Assembly (NCBI GenBank): GCA_964423885.1
Contig: CAYRGD010000004.1
Span: 8,319 to 72,318 of the forward strand
Origin: an uncultured Candidatus Saccharibacteria bacterium
Lineage (GTDB): Bacteria; Patescibacteriota; UBA1384; JACPKC01
Direction: 5' to 3'
Length of the DNA: 64,000 nucleotides
A program made the position numbers and the translations under genes. The first letter of the stretch is position 1. Each line of letters begins with the position of its first letter. The notes under the pieces were generated by a model. It saw nothing but the letters and a program-made list of their open reading frames with translations, was not told the DNA's origin and made no database searches. Below, piece after piece: positions 37,216 to 46,271 of this stretch.

Positions 37216-38055
37216 ATGACCCGCGCACGACTGCCGGTGGCGCCCAAGAAACGCCTCGGCCAACACTTCCTTGCCGATCCCGACGTCTTGGCCGAGATCC
37301 TGGCGGCTGCCGAGGTTGGCGAGGCCAGCCAGGTTTTGGAAGTCGGGCCGGGGCTCGGCGTGCTCACGAGCGAGCTCGCCCGCGCGGTCGGGCCGACCGG
37401 GCTCGTGTTGGCGGTCGAGGCCGACCGCGACCTGGTCGACCGGCTGCGCGACCGGTTCCGGACCGTGCGCCAGGTCAAAGTCGTAGCCGGCGATATCCTG
37501 GCGACCCCGCTCGACGCCTTGCTGCAGCCGCCGTACAAGCTGGTGGCGAACATCCCGTACTCGATCACCTCGCCGCTCATCACCAAGTTCCTGCTCGGCG
37601 ATTACAAGGGCCGGGCGGGCGAAACCGCCCCACGGCCGGCGAGTATGACCCTGCTTGTCCAGCGCGAGGTGGCGGCGCGGTTGTCGGCCGGCCCCGGGAA
37701 CCGCGAGCGCGGGATCCTGACGGTGCTCATTGAGCTGTTCGGTACCGCCTCGGTCGTGGGGCGTGTCCCGCCGAGCGCGTTCAATCCGCCGCCACGCGTC
37801 GACAGTGCCATTCTCCACATCGAGATGGGCGAGCCGGCCGCCAATCCCTGGGCGCTCCACAGCCTTTTGAAGGCCGGGTTCGCGAACAAGCGCCGCCAGC
37901 TCCACAACGCCCTGGGAGGCAGTCTCCATCTGGGCCCGGCCGAGGCGAAAGACCTGCTCGACCGGGCCGGCATCGACCCGTCCTCGCGGGCCGAACAGCT
38001 CCCGCTCGACGCCTGGCTGGCCTTGCTCGAGACCGTCCGTCCGACGGAGCAATGA
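37216..38055 (+). CDS. rsmA: 16S rRNA (A1518/A1519-N6)-dimethyltransferase
   Basis: KRLGQHFL and VLEVGPGLGVLT SAM motifs, then NIPY. Confidence 0.9.
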   Translation: MTRARLPVAPKKRLGQHFLADPDVLAEILAAAEVGEASQVLEVGPGLGVLTSELARAVGPTGLVLAVEADRDLVDRLRDRFRTVRQVKVVAGDILATPLDALLQPPYKLVANIPYSITSPLITKFLLGDYKGRAGETAPRPASMTLLVQREVAARLSAGPGNRERGILTVLIELFGTASVVGRVPPSAFNPPPRVDSAILHIEMGEPAANPWALHSLLKAGFANKRRQLHNALGGSLHLGPAEAKDLLDRAGIDPSSRAEQLPLDAWLALLETVRPTEQ

Positions 38056-38741
38056 TGGGGACGCTCTCGATCGTCGCCACCCCGATCGGCAACCGGCACG
38101 ACATCACGCTGCGGGCCTTGTCCGTACTCGAGCAGGCGCAGCTTATCCTGGCCGAGGATACGCGCCAGGCGAGGAAACTGTTCTCGCTCTACCCGGACCA
38201 TCGGTTCGAGGCCCAGGTGTTGCGGCTCGACGAGCATGTCGTCGGGCTGCGCCTTGCGACCATCGTCGACCAGATCGCACAGGGGGCCGACGCGGCGCTC
38301 GTGAGCGACGCCGGGACGCCGCAGGTGTCGGATCCGGGCCACCTGCTCATCCAAGCCTGTCTCGCGCGGGGGATTCCGGTTACCCCGGTTCCCGGCCCAT
38401 CGGCGTTGGCTGCGCTCCTGTCCGTGGCGGATTTTCCGGTGCAGCCGAGCTTGTTCGTGGGGTTCCTCCCCAAGAAGAAGGGGCGTGAGACGACGCTCCG
38501 GCGCCTTGCGGCAATGGGCGGCAAGTACGGCGCGGCGTCGGTCGTCCTCTACGAGTCGCCGGAGCGGGTCGCGCGGACGCTCGCTGATCTCAGCGCCCAA
38601 TTCGGAGCCGAGACGCATCTCGTGGTCGGCCGTGAGCTCACGAAGCAACACGAGGAAGTCTGGTACGGCTCTGTCGCCGAGGCGCAGGCGCACTTTGCTG
38701 CGCCGCGCGGCGAGTTCGCGCTCCTGCTTAAGCTGCCATGA
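38052..38741 (+). CDS. rsmI: 16S rRNA 2'-O-ribose C1402 methyltransferase RsmI
   Basis: TLSIVATPIGN..DITLRAL..LAEDTR signature (tetrapyrrole-methylase fold). Confidence 0.85.
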   Translation: MMGTLSIVATPIGNRHDITLRALSVLEQAQLILAEDTRQARKLFSLYPDHRFEAQVLRLDEHVVGLRLATIVDQIAQGADAALVSDAGTPQVSDPGHLLIQACLARGIPVTPVPGPSALAALLSVADFPVQPSLFVGFLPKKKGRETTLRRLAAMGGKYGAASVVLYESPERVARTLADLSAQFGAETHLVVGRELTKQHEEVWYGSVAEAQAHFAAPRGEFALLLKLP

Positions 38742-39589
38742 TCTGGATCCCGTTCCTCGCGACCGCCCTCTACACCGTTTCGACGGTCCAGCGGAAGCTG
38801 TTCTTGCGGACAAGCCGGATCCCGTTCAGCGCCTTTTTCCCGAGCATCCTCCTGCTTATGGCGCTCATGGGCGCTATCGTCGCGCCGCTTGACTGGCGGA
38901 TCGACGCCGCCCAGGCATTCGCGCCGCTGCCGGTCCTGGCGTTCCTGTGCGCCGTCGTCCTTGGCGTGTACTGGTTCGAGGCGTTCTATGGCGCGCTGCG
39001 CGAGGAATCGCTGTCGCGCTACGACTTGCTCCTTGTCCTGGAACCGCTGGCGGTTATGGCGGCGGTGTCGCTCGTCTTTCCACAGGAACGCGACCCGCGG
39101 GTCTGGTGCGCCGGCCTCATCGCGTGCGGGGCGCTCTACCTGGGCCACAGGAACCACCGCCGGGTCACGTTCGACCGCGGCGAGCGGAAGCTGCTGCTCG
39201 CGATCCTCTTGAGTACGGTGTTGGTCGTCATCGAGCGCTACCTGCTCACGATGTATTCCGCGCTGGCGTTCAACGCGCTCTACGCTGCCGGCATCGCCTG
39301 GCTGTTCGCGTTCCGCTACGGCGCCGGCGCGTACCGGACCGGGATCAGGTTCGCGCGTGAGCTCGCGGTCACGGCGTTCTTCATCGTGTCCAACAGCGTC
39401 CTGTACTTCTATTCGTACCAGGCGCTCGGCGTGACCGTGACGACGCTCGTGATGCTGCTCGAGCCGGTCGCGGTCGCCGTGATCGCGTTCGCTATCTTGA
39501 AGGAGCCGGTCAAGCCCAAGCTGCTCGCGGCCGGCATCGTCGTCCTGGCTGTCGTCGCCGCCACGCTCTGGATCGTCCGTCCGGCGTAA
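38738..39589 (+). CDS. Polytopic membrane protein (DMT/EamA-like permease?)
   Basis: About 9-10 TM segments and an ATGA overlap with rsmI. Weak family assignment. Confidence 0.4.
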   Translation: MIWIPFLATALYTVSTVQRKLFLRTSRIPFSAFFPSILLLMALMGAIVAPLDWRIDAAQAFAPLPVLAFLCAVVLGVYWFEAFYGALREESLSRYDLLLVLEPLAVMAAVSLVFPQERDPRVWCAGLIACGALYLGHRNHRRVTFDRGERKLLLAILLSTVLVVIERYLLTMYSALAFNALYAAGIAWLFAFRYGAGAYRTGIRFARELAVTAFFIVSNSVLYFYSYQALGVTVTTLVMLLEPVAVAVIAFAILKEPVKPKLLAAGIVVLAVVAATLWIVRPA

Positions 39590-39626
39590 CTTGTCCTTGG
39601 GGAACCCAGCCGGTACCATACCGGGT

Positions 39627-39905
39627 ATGAGCTTTGCAACCGACCGGTCGGCCGAACTCACTGTCACAGGTACTGTCGCCGACGTCGAGTTCCGCAACTG
39701 GGCTGCCCGCGAGGCGACCCGGCTCGCACTGGGCGGCTGGGTGCGTACCAACAGCGACCGGACAGTGACCCTCGCGCTCGAAGGGGCGGCCGAGACGATC
39801 GACGGGTTCATCGAGCTTGTCCGCCGGGCTCCGGGCGTCGAGGGCGTGGATGTCCGCGAGCAGCCGGAAGCCCACGGCTACAGCGGTTTCCAGGTGGAGT
39901 ACTAG
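39627..39905 (+). CDS. Acylphosphatase-like protein (first motif degenerate)
   Basis: ..VTGTVADVEFR.. and ..GGWVRTNSDRTV.. resemble the acylphosphatase motifs. Confidence 0.5.
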   Translation: MSFATDRSAELTVTGTVADVEFRNWAAREATRLALGGWVRTNSDRTVTLALEGAAETIDGFIELVRRAPGVEGVDVREQPEAHGYSGFQVEY

Positions 39906-41326
39906 TGCGGCCGTTCTACGTCACCACCCCGATCTACTACGCGAACGACAAGCCGCACGTCGGCCACGCGTACACGACGCTGGCCGCGGACGTGCTGGCG
40001 CGCTACTGGCGCCAAAAGCTCGGGAAGGACCAGGTGTTCTTCCTGACCGGGACCGACGAGCACGGCCAGAAGATCGCCGAGGCGGCGGCCAAGGCCGGTA
40101 TGGACCCCAAGGCGTTCGTCGATTCGCTCGTGCCGCGGTTCGAGGGTACCTGGCAGGCATTGGGGGTGAGCTACGACAGCTTCATGCGTACGACGAACCC
40201 GGAACACCTCACGTTCGCGCAATCATTCCTGGCTAGGCTGCATGCCAACGGCGCGATCTACAAGGGCGAGTACGTCGGCCTCTACTGTGTGGGTTGCGAA
40301 GAATATAAGACCGAGAGCCAGTTGGCCGACGGGAAATGTCCGCTCCATCCGAACCTGACGCCGGAACAGCGGAAGGAAGAGAATTACTTCTTCAAGTTCC
40401 GGGACTACGCGACCAAGGTCCGTGAGCTCATCGCCTCGGGTAGCCTTGCCGTCTTACCCGAGGAGCGGCGGAACGAGGTGCTGGCGCGCTTGGACGGCGA
40501 GCTCCACGACCTGTCGGTGTCGCGGCCGGGCCTGGGCTGGGGGATTCCGGTGCCCTGGGACGACACGCATACCGTGTACGTCTGGGTCGAGGCGTTGCTC
40601 AACTACTTGTCCGCGCTCGATATCGCCGAGCTGCCCAGCTTCTGGCCGGCCACCGTCCAGCTCATGGCCAAGGATATCCTGTGGTTCCACGCTGCTATCT
40701 GGCCGGCGCTGCTCATCGCCGCGGGACGCGAGACGCCAAAGACGGTCTTTGCGCACGGCTTCTTCACCGTCGACGGCCAGAAGATGAGCAAGACGGTCGG
40801 CAACGTCGTCGACCCGAACGAGCTTGTCGCGACGTACGGCGCGGACGCGACGCGCTACTTCCTGCTCTCCGCCGTGCCGTTCGGCAACGACGGCGACCTG
40901 GCCGCGAGTCGCTTCGCCGAGGTCTACCAGGCGGATCTGGCCAACGGGCTAGGCAACCTGCTCAACCGGACGGTCACGCTCATGCAGCGTGCGGCACTGT
41001 CGCTGCCACTGCCGGAGCCCGGTGGCGTCGACGGCGTCGCCGAGGCGATCGAACGGCTCGCGCTCGACGAGGGATTGAAACGTATTTGGACGGCCGTCCG
41101 CGAAACGAACCAGTTCCTGGAATCGAAGAAGCCATGGGAATTGATCAAGCAGCCGGAGGCCCGTGCTGAACTGGAAACGGTGCTCGCTCACGCCCACGGG
41201 CAGCTGGCCCGCATCGCCGTGAGCCTTGCCCCGTACTTGCCGAACGCCTCGGCCGCTATTCTCGACCAGCTCTCGTCCGGCGAGCCGGCGCCGCTCTTCC
41301 CACGGATCGACAATGCGGCTCGTTGA
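39905..41326 (+). CDS. metG: Methionine--tRNA ligase (short form)
   Basis: HVGHAYT (HIGH motif), KMSKT and a Zn knuckle CVGCEEY..C. Confidence 0.9.
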   Translation: MRPFYVTTPIYYANDKPHVGHAYTTLAADVLARYWRQKLGKDQVFFLTGTDEHGQKIAEAAAKAGMDPKAFVDSLVPRFEGTWQALGVSYDSFMRTTNPEHLTFAQSFLARLHANGAIYKGEYVGLYCVGCEEYKTESQLADGKCPLHPNLTPEQRKEENYFFKFRDYATKVRELIASGSLAVLPEERRNEVLARLDGELHDLSVSRPGLGWGIPVPWDDTHTVYVWVEALLNYLSALDIAELPSFWPATVQLMAKDILWFHAAIWPALLIAAGRETPKTVFAHGFFTVDGQKMSKTVGNVVDPNELVATYGADATRYFLLSAVPFGNDGDLAASRFAEVYQADLANGLGNLLNRTVTLMQRAALSLPLPEPGGVDGVAEAIERLALDEGLKRIWTAVRETNQFLESKKPWELIKQPEARAELETVLAHAHGQLARIAVSLAPYLPNASAAILDQLSSGEPAPLFPRIDNAAR

Positions 41327-42101
41327 CACGCATGCGCACCTGACAGATCCGAAACTGCCGGTACCGGTTGAGACGGCGCTCGCGCAGGCGCAGGCGGCCG
41401 GGATCCGGCAGATCGTCTGCCCGAGCGTCGACCTGCCCAGCTCGCAGGCCGCGGTCCGGTTGGCCGGGCAGTTTTCCGGACAAGTCTTTGCCGCCGTGGG
41501 AGTGCATCCGCAGTATGCCGGTGCCTCGATGAGCGAGTTCGCCGAACTTGTGACGCAGCCGGGCGTCGTGGCGATCGGCGAAGTGGGCTTGGATTACTAC
41601 CGCCAGACGCGCGAGCAGGTGGGCGAGAGCCAGCGCCGGACGTTCAGTACTTTCCTTGATCTGGCTGCCAAGCGCTCGTTGCCCGTGATCGTCCACGGCC
41701 GGAACGCCTATGACGATATCTTGGCTGTCACCACGGACTTCCCGTCCGTCCCGATCGTGCTCCATAGCTTCGAGGCCGACCTGGCGACGGCGACACGCGC
41801 GCTCGGCCGCGGGTGGTACATCAGTCTGACCGCGCTCATTACGTATCCCGACTACGGCTGGCTGCGGGAGGTGGTCGCAGCGCTGCCGCTCGACCGGCTC
41901 ATGGTGGAAACCGACGCGCCCTACCTGCCGCCTGCGCAGCCGACCGACGCGGTGCGTCCGCGCGGCCTCACCAATCTGCTGACTGGCGTTATCCCGGTCG
42001 CTGAGCGGCTTGCGATAATGAAAGGTGCCTCGGTCGACGACGTGGCGACGGCGACAACCGCGGCTGCCCGTAGCTTTTTCCATCTGCCCGAGGATGCATG
42101 A
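41313..42101 (+). CDS. tatD: TatD-family metal-dependent DNase/hydrolase
   Basis: MRLVDTHAHL.., ..GEVGLDY.. and ..VVHGR.. motifs. Overlaps the metG 3' end. Confidence 0.85.
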   Translation: MRLVDTHAHLTDPKLPVPVETALAQAQAAGIRQIVCPSVDLPSSQAAVRLAGQFSGQVFAAVGVHPQYAGASMSEFAELVTQPGVVAIGEVGLDYYRQTREQVGESQRRTFSTFLDLAAKRSLPVIVHGRNAYDDILAVTTDFPSVPIVLHSFEADLATATRALGRGWYISLTALITYPDYGWLREVVAALPLDRLMVETDAPYLPPAQPTDAVRPRGLTNLLTGVIPVAERLAIMKGASVDDVATATTAAARSFFHLPEDA

Positions 42102-42652
42102 AGGGGTGGGTTGCGGCGGCCGGGACGGCCGCGACCGTGTGTGCGTGCTGGCTTGCCATTGCCTTCGCCGTCCCGTCGTGGCACCGGCTGGTATTCCGGT
42201 TTGTGCCGGCTGACGGGCCGGTATCCAGCGAAGATCGGACTACGCTCGACCGGGGTATCGCCGGCTTTTTCATCGGCGGCCCAGCGCCCGCCGGCCTGAC
42301 CGTTACCGAACAGGACCACCTCTCGGACGTCCGATCATTCTGGCATCGGCTTGTCGTAGCGGCTGCCACGGGCCTGTGCTGGCTCATTGCTGCCCGGCCG
42401 CGTGAGGCCAGGCGGGCGCTCGCGATCATCCTTGCGGTTGGTGCTGCCAGCCTGCTCGCGTTCGGGCCGCTCTTCGTGCTCATACACCCGCTCGTCTTCC
42501 CGCAGGGAAACTGGCAGTTCAGTAGTGACGCGTTGCTCGTACAAATCTATCCGCTCGGCTTCTTCGCCTGTATCTGGGCAAGCGTCCTCGTCGTCGCAGT
42601 GGCATCGCTGGTACTCCTTGCACGAGGGCAGTCGTCCCGACCGAGGCCATGA
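42098..42652 (+). CDS. Hypothetical membrane protein (4 TM)
   Basis: Hydrophobic segments and an ATGA overlap. Confidence 0.45.
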   Translation: MKGWVAAAGTAATVCACWLAIAFAVPSWHRLVFRFVPADGPVSSEDRTTLDRGIAGFFIGGPAPAGLTVTEQDHLSDVRSFWHRLVVAAATGLCWLIAARPREARRALAIILAVGAASLLAFGPLFVLIHPLVFPQGNWQFSSDALLVQIYPLGFFACIWASVLVVAVASLVLLARGQSSRPRP

Positions 42653-43608
42653 CCCTGCTCGACGCCTTCCTCCTCGCCCTTTTCGTCCTTGCCGCTGTCG
42701 ACGGCTGGCGGACGGGTTTCCTGCTCCTCTTGGCCGACCTTGCCGCCTTCGGCCTTGGTTTGGCCTCCGCGTTTCATTTTGGCGTACCGGCGGGCGAGCT
42801 GGCGGGCCGGCTCCTGCCGATGTCAGTTGGGCTGCGGCCGTTCTTCGGCTTCGCGGTGCTGTTCCTGCTCACAGTCGGCGTGGCGCGCTTTGCGCTCCGG
42901 CCGGTCCGGCAGCGCCTGGCCGCGTTCCCGGTGCGCGATATCGGTCTCGACCGGGCGGCGGGTGCCCTCTTGAACGTCGCCAAGCAATGGCTGGCGCTCG
43001 CGGTGATCTTGAACCTGCTCCTTTTCCTGCCCGGGCTCGGTACAGCTGCCCGCGCGATCCGTGCCGCCCGCCTGGCACCGCTCTTCGTGCTCGGCCGCGC
43101 GGAGTTCGAGGCGGCGCTCGCCCGCGTGATCGCGCCGGCGGTGTACGACACGCAGGACATCCTGACCACGAAGACGATTTCCGACGTCGCGATCCCGGTC
43201 ACCGCTCCTGTCGGCACCCTGACGGACGACCGCGAGGCCGAACAGGCGCTGCTCGGGCTCTTGAACGCCGAGCGGACGAGCCGTGGCCTGGCGCCGCTTG
43301 CCTGGAGCGAGCCGCTCGCCCAGGCCGCCCGCCTGCAAAGCCGCGACATGTGGCGGCGGCAGTACTTCGCGCACGTCAATCCCGACGGCGCCGACCCGTT
43401 CGCCCGCTTGCACCAGGCCGGGATCGTCTACCTGGTCGCCGGCGAGAACCTGGCGCTCGCGCCCAGCACGCCGATCGCCCACCAGGGGCTCATGGACTCG
43501 CCCGAACACCGCGACAACATCCTGTCGCCCGAGTACCAGCAGGTCGGGATCGGCGTCATCCGCAACGGCCTCTACGGCGCGATGTTCACGCAGGAGTTCA
43601 CGAATTAA
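42649..43608 (+). CDS. CvpA-family membrane domain fused to a C-terminal CAP/SCP (YkwD-like) domain
   Basis: N-terminal MTLLDAFLLALFVLAAVDGWRTGF.. (CvpA-like, 4 TM). C-terminal ..NAERTSRGLAPL.W...LAQAAR.QS.DM....YFAH..PDG... (CAP motifs). Confidence 0.6.
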   Translation: MTLLDAFLLALFVLAAVDGWRTGFLLLLADLAAFGLGLASAFHFGVPAGELAGRLLPMSVGLRPFFGFAVLFLLTVGVARFALRPVRQRLAAFPVRDIGLDRAAGALLNVAKQWLALAVILNLLLFLPGLGTAARAIRAARLAPLFVLGRAEFEAALARVIAPAVYDTQDILTTKTISDVAIPVTAPVGTLTDDREAEQALLGLLNAERTSRGLAPLAWSEPLAQAARLQSRDMWRRQYFAHVNPDGADPFARLHQAGIVYLVAGENLALAPSTPIAHQGLMDSPEHRDNILSPEYQQVGIGVIRNGLYGAMFTQEFTN

Positions 43609-43622
43609 CGGAACGCCTCGGA

Positions 43623-43651
43623 TTGACAGCTCCGGTACCCGTCCCTATAAC
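43623..43651 (+). promoter_or_regulatory. Near-consensus sigma70 promoter: TTGACA, 17-bp spacer, TATAAC
   Basis: TTGACA at 43623-43628 and TATAAC at 43646-43651, about 38 nt upstream of the GTG at 43689, with a GAAGGGTGG SD between. Confidence 0.6.
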
Positions 43652-43688
43652 CAGGGCGTTTAACATGACGGAAGGGTGGAACAGCTAG

Positions 43689-43952
43689 GTGGGAGCAGAG
43701 CGGTTGCCAGAGGAATCGGACGACGAGGGCGATGATCCCGGCCCCGAGGATCCGGATGACGAGGAATACGACGAACCCGAAAACGACCACGATTTCAACC
43801 CAGGGGATCCTGACGAAGATGACTGGGACGACGAATGGTACGACGGCAGGCAGGACGAAGACTGGTCCGAGGAAGAACCGGATGACGAGTGGGCCGACGA
43901 CTGCGTCGACGACGAGGACGGGTGGTATCCCGACGACGATCCTGATGACTAG
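43689..43952 (+). CDS. Extremely acidic small protein (87 aa, over half D/E, interspersed W/Y); GTG start
   Basis: Translation: ..EESDDEGDDPGPEDPDDEEYDEPENDHD..DEDDWDDEWYDG..DEDWSEEEPDDEWADDCVDDEDGWYPDDDPDD. Confidence 0.5.
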   Translation: MGAERLPEESDDEGDDPGPEDPDDEEYDEPENDHDFNPGDPDEDDWDDEWYDGRQDEDWSEEEPDDEWADDCVDDEDGWYPDDDPDD

Positions 43953-44008
43953 CAAAGAGCCTCCGGGCTCTTTTTTTGTGCCCGAAACCAGGCTATACTC
44001 CCTCGGTT

Positions 44009-45094
44009 ATGCCCACAGAGAAGCTGTTAGTCGGGATGAGTGGCGGCGTAGACTCGTCGCTCGCGGCGGCGTTGCTCGTCGAGGCCGGCCACGAGGTGGT
44101 CGGCGTCTACCTGCGCGCCTGGGACGACGCGACCGCGCCGTTCCTGAAAGGGTACTGCCCATGGGAAGACGACATCGCCGACGCCCGGCGCGTCGCCGCC
44201 ACGCTCGGTATTCCGTTTGCGGTCATCGACGTCCGTGCCGCGTACCGCGAGCGGGTGGTGGCTGCGCTCGAGGCCGAGTACGCCGCCGGCCGGACCCCGA
44301 ACCCGGATATCCTGTGCAACCGCGAGATGAAGTTCGGCATCCTGCTTGAGCTTGCCAAACAAGAAGGGTACGACGGCGTGGCGACTGGCCACTACGCCCG
44401 GATCCTCGATGTGGACGGGGAGCTGCAACTGCATCGCGCGGCCGATACTCATAAGGACCAGAGCTACTTCCTCTGGACACTCACGGACGAGCAGCTGCCG
44501 TTCATCCGTTTTCCCATCGGCCATCTGACGAAGGCGCACGTCCGTGCCGAGGCGGCCGCGCGCGGCATACCGGTCGCTGCGAAGCCGGACAGCCAGGGCG
44601 TCTGCTTCCTGGGGCCGGTCTCGTTGCGCGACTACCTCAAGGAGCGATTGAAGACCGAGCCGGGCACTGTGCGGACTGAAGCCGGTACGGCGATCGGCCG
44701 GCACGACGGCGCGGCGCTCTACACCATGGGCCAGCGGCACGGCTTTACGGTCGAGGGCGCGTACCCCGGCCCGCACTATGTCGTCGAGCGCCGCTTGGCC
44801 ACCAACGAGCTCGTGGTCGCCCCGGTGCCACCTCAGAGCGCTCGCATTACGCTCGACGCGTGCTCGTGGATCGCGCGACCGGCCGACGGCAGCACCATCG
44901 GCATCCGGATCCGGCACGGCCAGGATCCCCAGCCGGCTCTCATCCGGTTCTCAGGATCGGCTGCCATCATCGATCCCGTGGACGCGCAGACCGCTGTTGC
45001 GCCCGGACAGTCGGTGGTATGCTCGCACGGATCACGCATCCTAGGCGGAGGTATCGTTGGCACTGCGACGCCGGTTCCTACCCGGCACCCTTAG
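44009..45094 (+). CDS. mnmA: tRNA-specific 2-thiouridylase MnmA
   Basis: VGMSGGVDSS PP-loop and the catalytic Cys region. TATACT 9 nt upstream of the ATG. Confidence 0.9.
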   Translation: MPTEKLLVGMSGGVDSSLAAALLVEAGHEVVGVYLRAWDDATAPFLKGYCPWEDDIADARRVAATLGIPFAVIDVRAAYRERVVAALEAEYAAGRTPNPDILCNREMKFGILLELAKQEGYDGVATGHYARILDVDGELQLHRAADTHKDQSYFLWTLTDEQLPFIRFPIGHLTKAHVRAEAAARGIPVAAKPDSQGVCFLGPVSLRDYLKERLKTEPGTVRTEAGTAIGRHDGAALYTMGQRHGFTVEGAYPGPHYVVERRLATNELVVAPVPPQSARITLDACSWIARPADGSTIGIRIRHGQDPQPALIRFSGSAAIIDPVDAQTAVAPGQSVVCSHGSRILGGGIVGTATPVPTRHP

Positions 45095-46259
45095 TTTCGT
45101 TCTCCTCATCCTGGCGACCTTTTCGCTTGGGACGCTCGTGGGTGCCCGTACCATCCGCGACTACCCGCTCACGCGCATGGGCCAACTGCTCACCAGCGTC
45201 CTCGGTGCACCGGCAACGACCCCTGACTACGCGCTCTACTGGGACGTCTACCGTCGGCTCGAGACGCAGTACCCCAAGCCGATCGACAAGCAGGAACTGC
45301 TCTATGGGGCGATCCGCGGCACCGTCGCGGCCCTGGGCGACCGGTTCAGCCTGTTCCTGTCGCCGAGCGAGGCCAACCGGTTCTTCGAGGACATCAAGGG
45401 CGAGTTCAGCGGCATCGGCGCCGAGATCTCGCAGGAACAGGACCTGTTCGTGATCGTAGCCCCGCTCCCCGGCTCGCCGGCCGAGGCCGCCGGCCTCAAG
45501 GCGAACGATGCCATCGTCTCGGTCGACGGCAAGGAATCCCAGGGTATGCAGTTCAACGAACTCATCAACGCGATCCGCGGCCCGAAGGGGAGCACGGTCA
45601 AGCTCGGTATCCTGCGCGAGGGCTTCGATGAACCCAAGGAGTTCGCGCTCACCCGGGACACGATCACCGTGGCCTCGACGACGTACACGCTTCGCCCCGA
45701 CGGTCTGGCGTACGTGAAGATCAGCCAGTTCTCCGACGATACGACCGCGGAACTCGACAAGGCGGCCGACGACATCCTGGCCAAGCACGCGACGGGGATC
45801 ATCGTCGACCTGCGGAACGACCCAGGCGGCTACCTGGAAACCGCGATCGACGTCAGCTCGTTCTTCCTTGATCACGGCACCGTGGTGAGCGAGGAACGTA
45901 AGGGCGGGGATACGGAGTCGTTCGCGGTCAGCCATGAACCGCGCCTCAAAGACATCCCACTCGTGGTGCTCGTGAACGGCGGCTCAGCGTCGGCCTCGGA
46001 AATCTTCGCTGGCGCGATGCAGGATACTGGCCGCGCGAAGCTCGTGGGCGTCAAGACCTTCGGCAAGGGTTCCGTACAGGAAGTCCAGCGGCTAGCCGAC
46101 GGCTCGGCGCTCCGCCTCACGATCGCCAAGTGGCTCACGCCGAACGGCCGCGAGATCAACGGTACCGGCATCGAACCGGACTTCGAGGTCCGCGCCGACG
46201 CGACCGCTGACAGCGACCCGCAGCTCGACAAAGCGGTGGAGTTGTTGCTGAAGCAGTAG
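45057..46259 (+). CDS. ctpA: Carboxy-terminal processing protease (S41, PDZ-containing); TTG start uncertain
   Basis: Signal anchor, a PDZ domain (GSPAEAAGLKANDAIVSVDG) and an S41 core (..VLVNGGSASASEIFAGA.. / ..KTFGKGSVQ). Confidence 0.8.
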   Translation: MALRRRFLPGTLSFVLLILATFSLGTLVGARTIRDYPLTRMGQLLTSVLGAPATTPDYALYWDVYRRLETQYPKPIDKQELLYGAIRGTVAALGDRFSLFLSPSEANRFFEDIKGEFSGIGAEISQEQDLFVIVAPLPGSPAEAAGLKANDAIVSVDGKESQGMQFNELINAIRGPKGSTVKLGILREGFDEPKEFALTRDTITVASTTYTLRPDGLAYVKISQFSDDTTAELDKAADDILAKHATGIIVDLRNDPGGYLETAIDVSSFFLDHGTVVSEERKGGDTESFAVSHEPRLKDIPLVVLVNGGSASASEIFAGAMQDTGRAKLVGVKTFGKGSVQEVQRLADGSALRLTIAKWLTPNGREINGTGIEPDFEVRADATADSDPQLDKAVELLLKQ

Positions 46260-46271
46260 CCGAGGTGTGCC

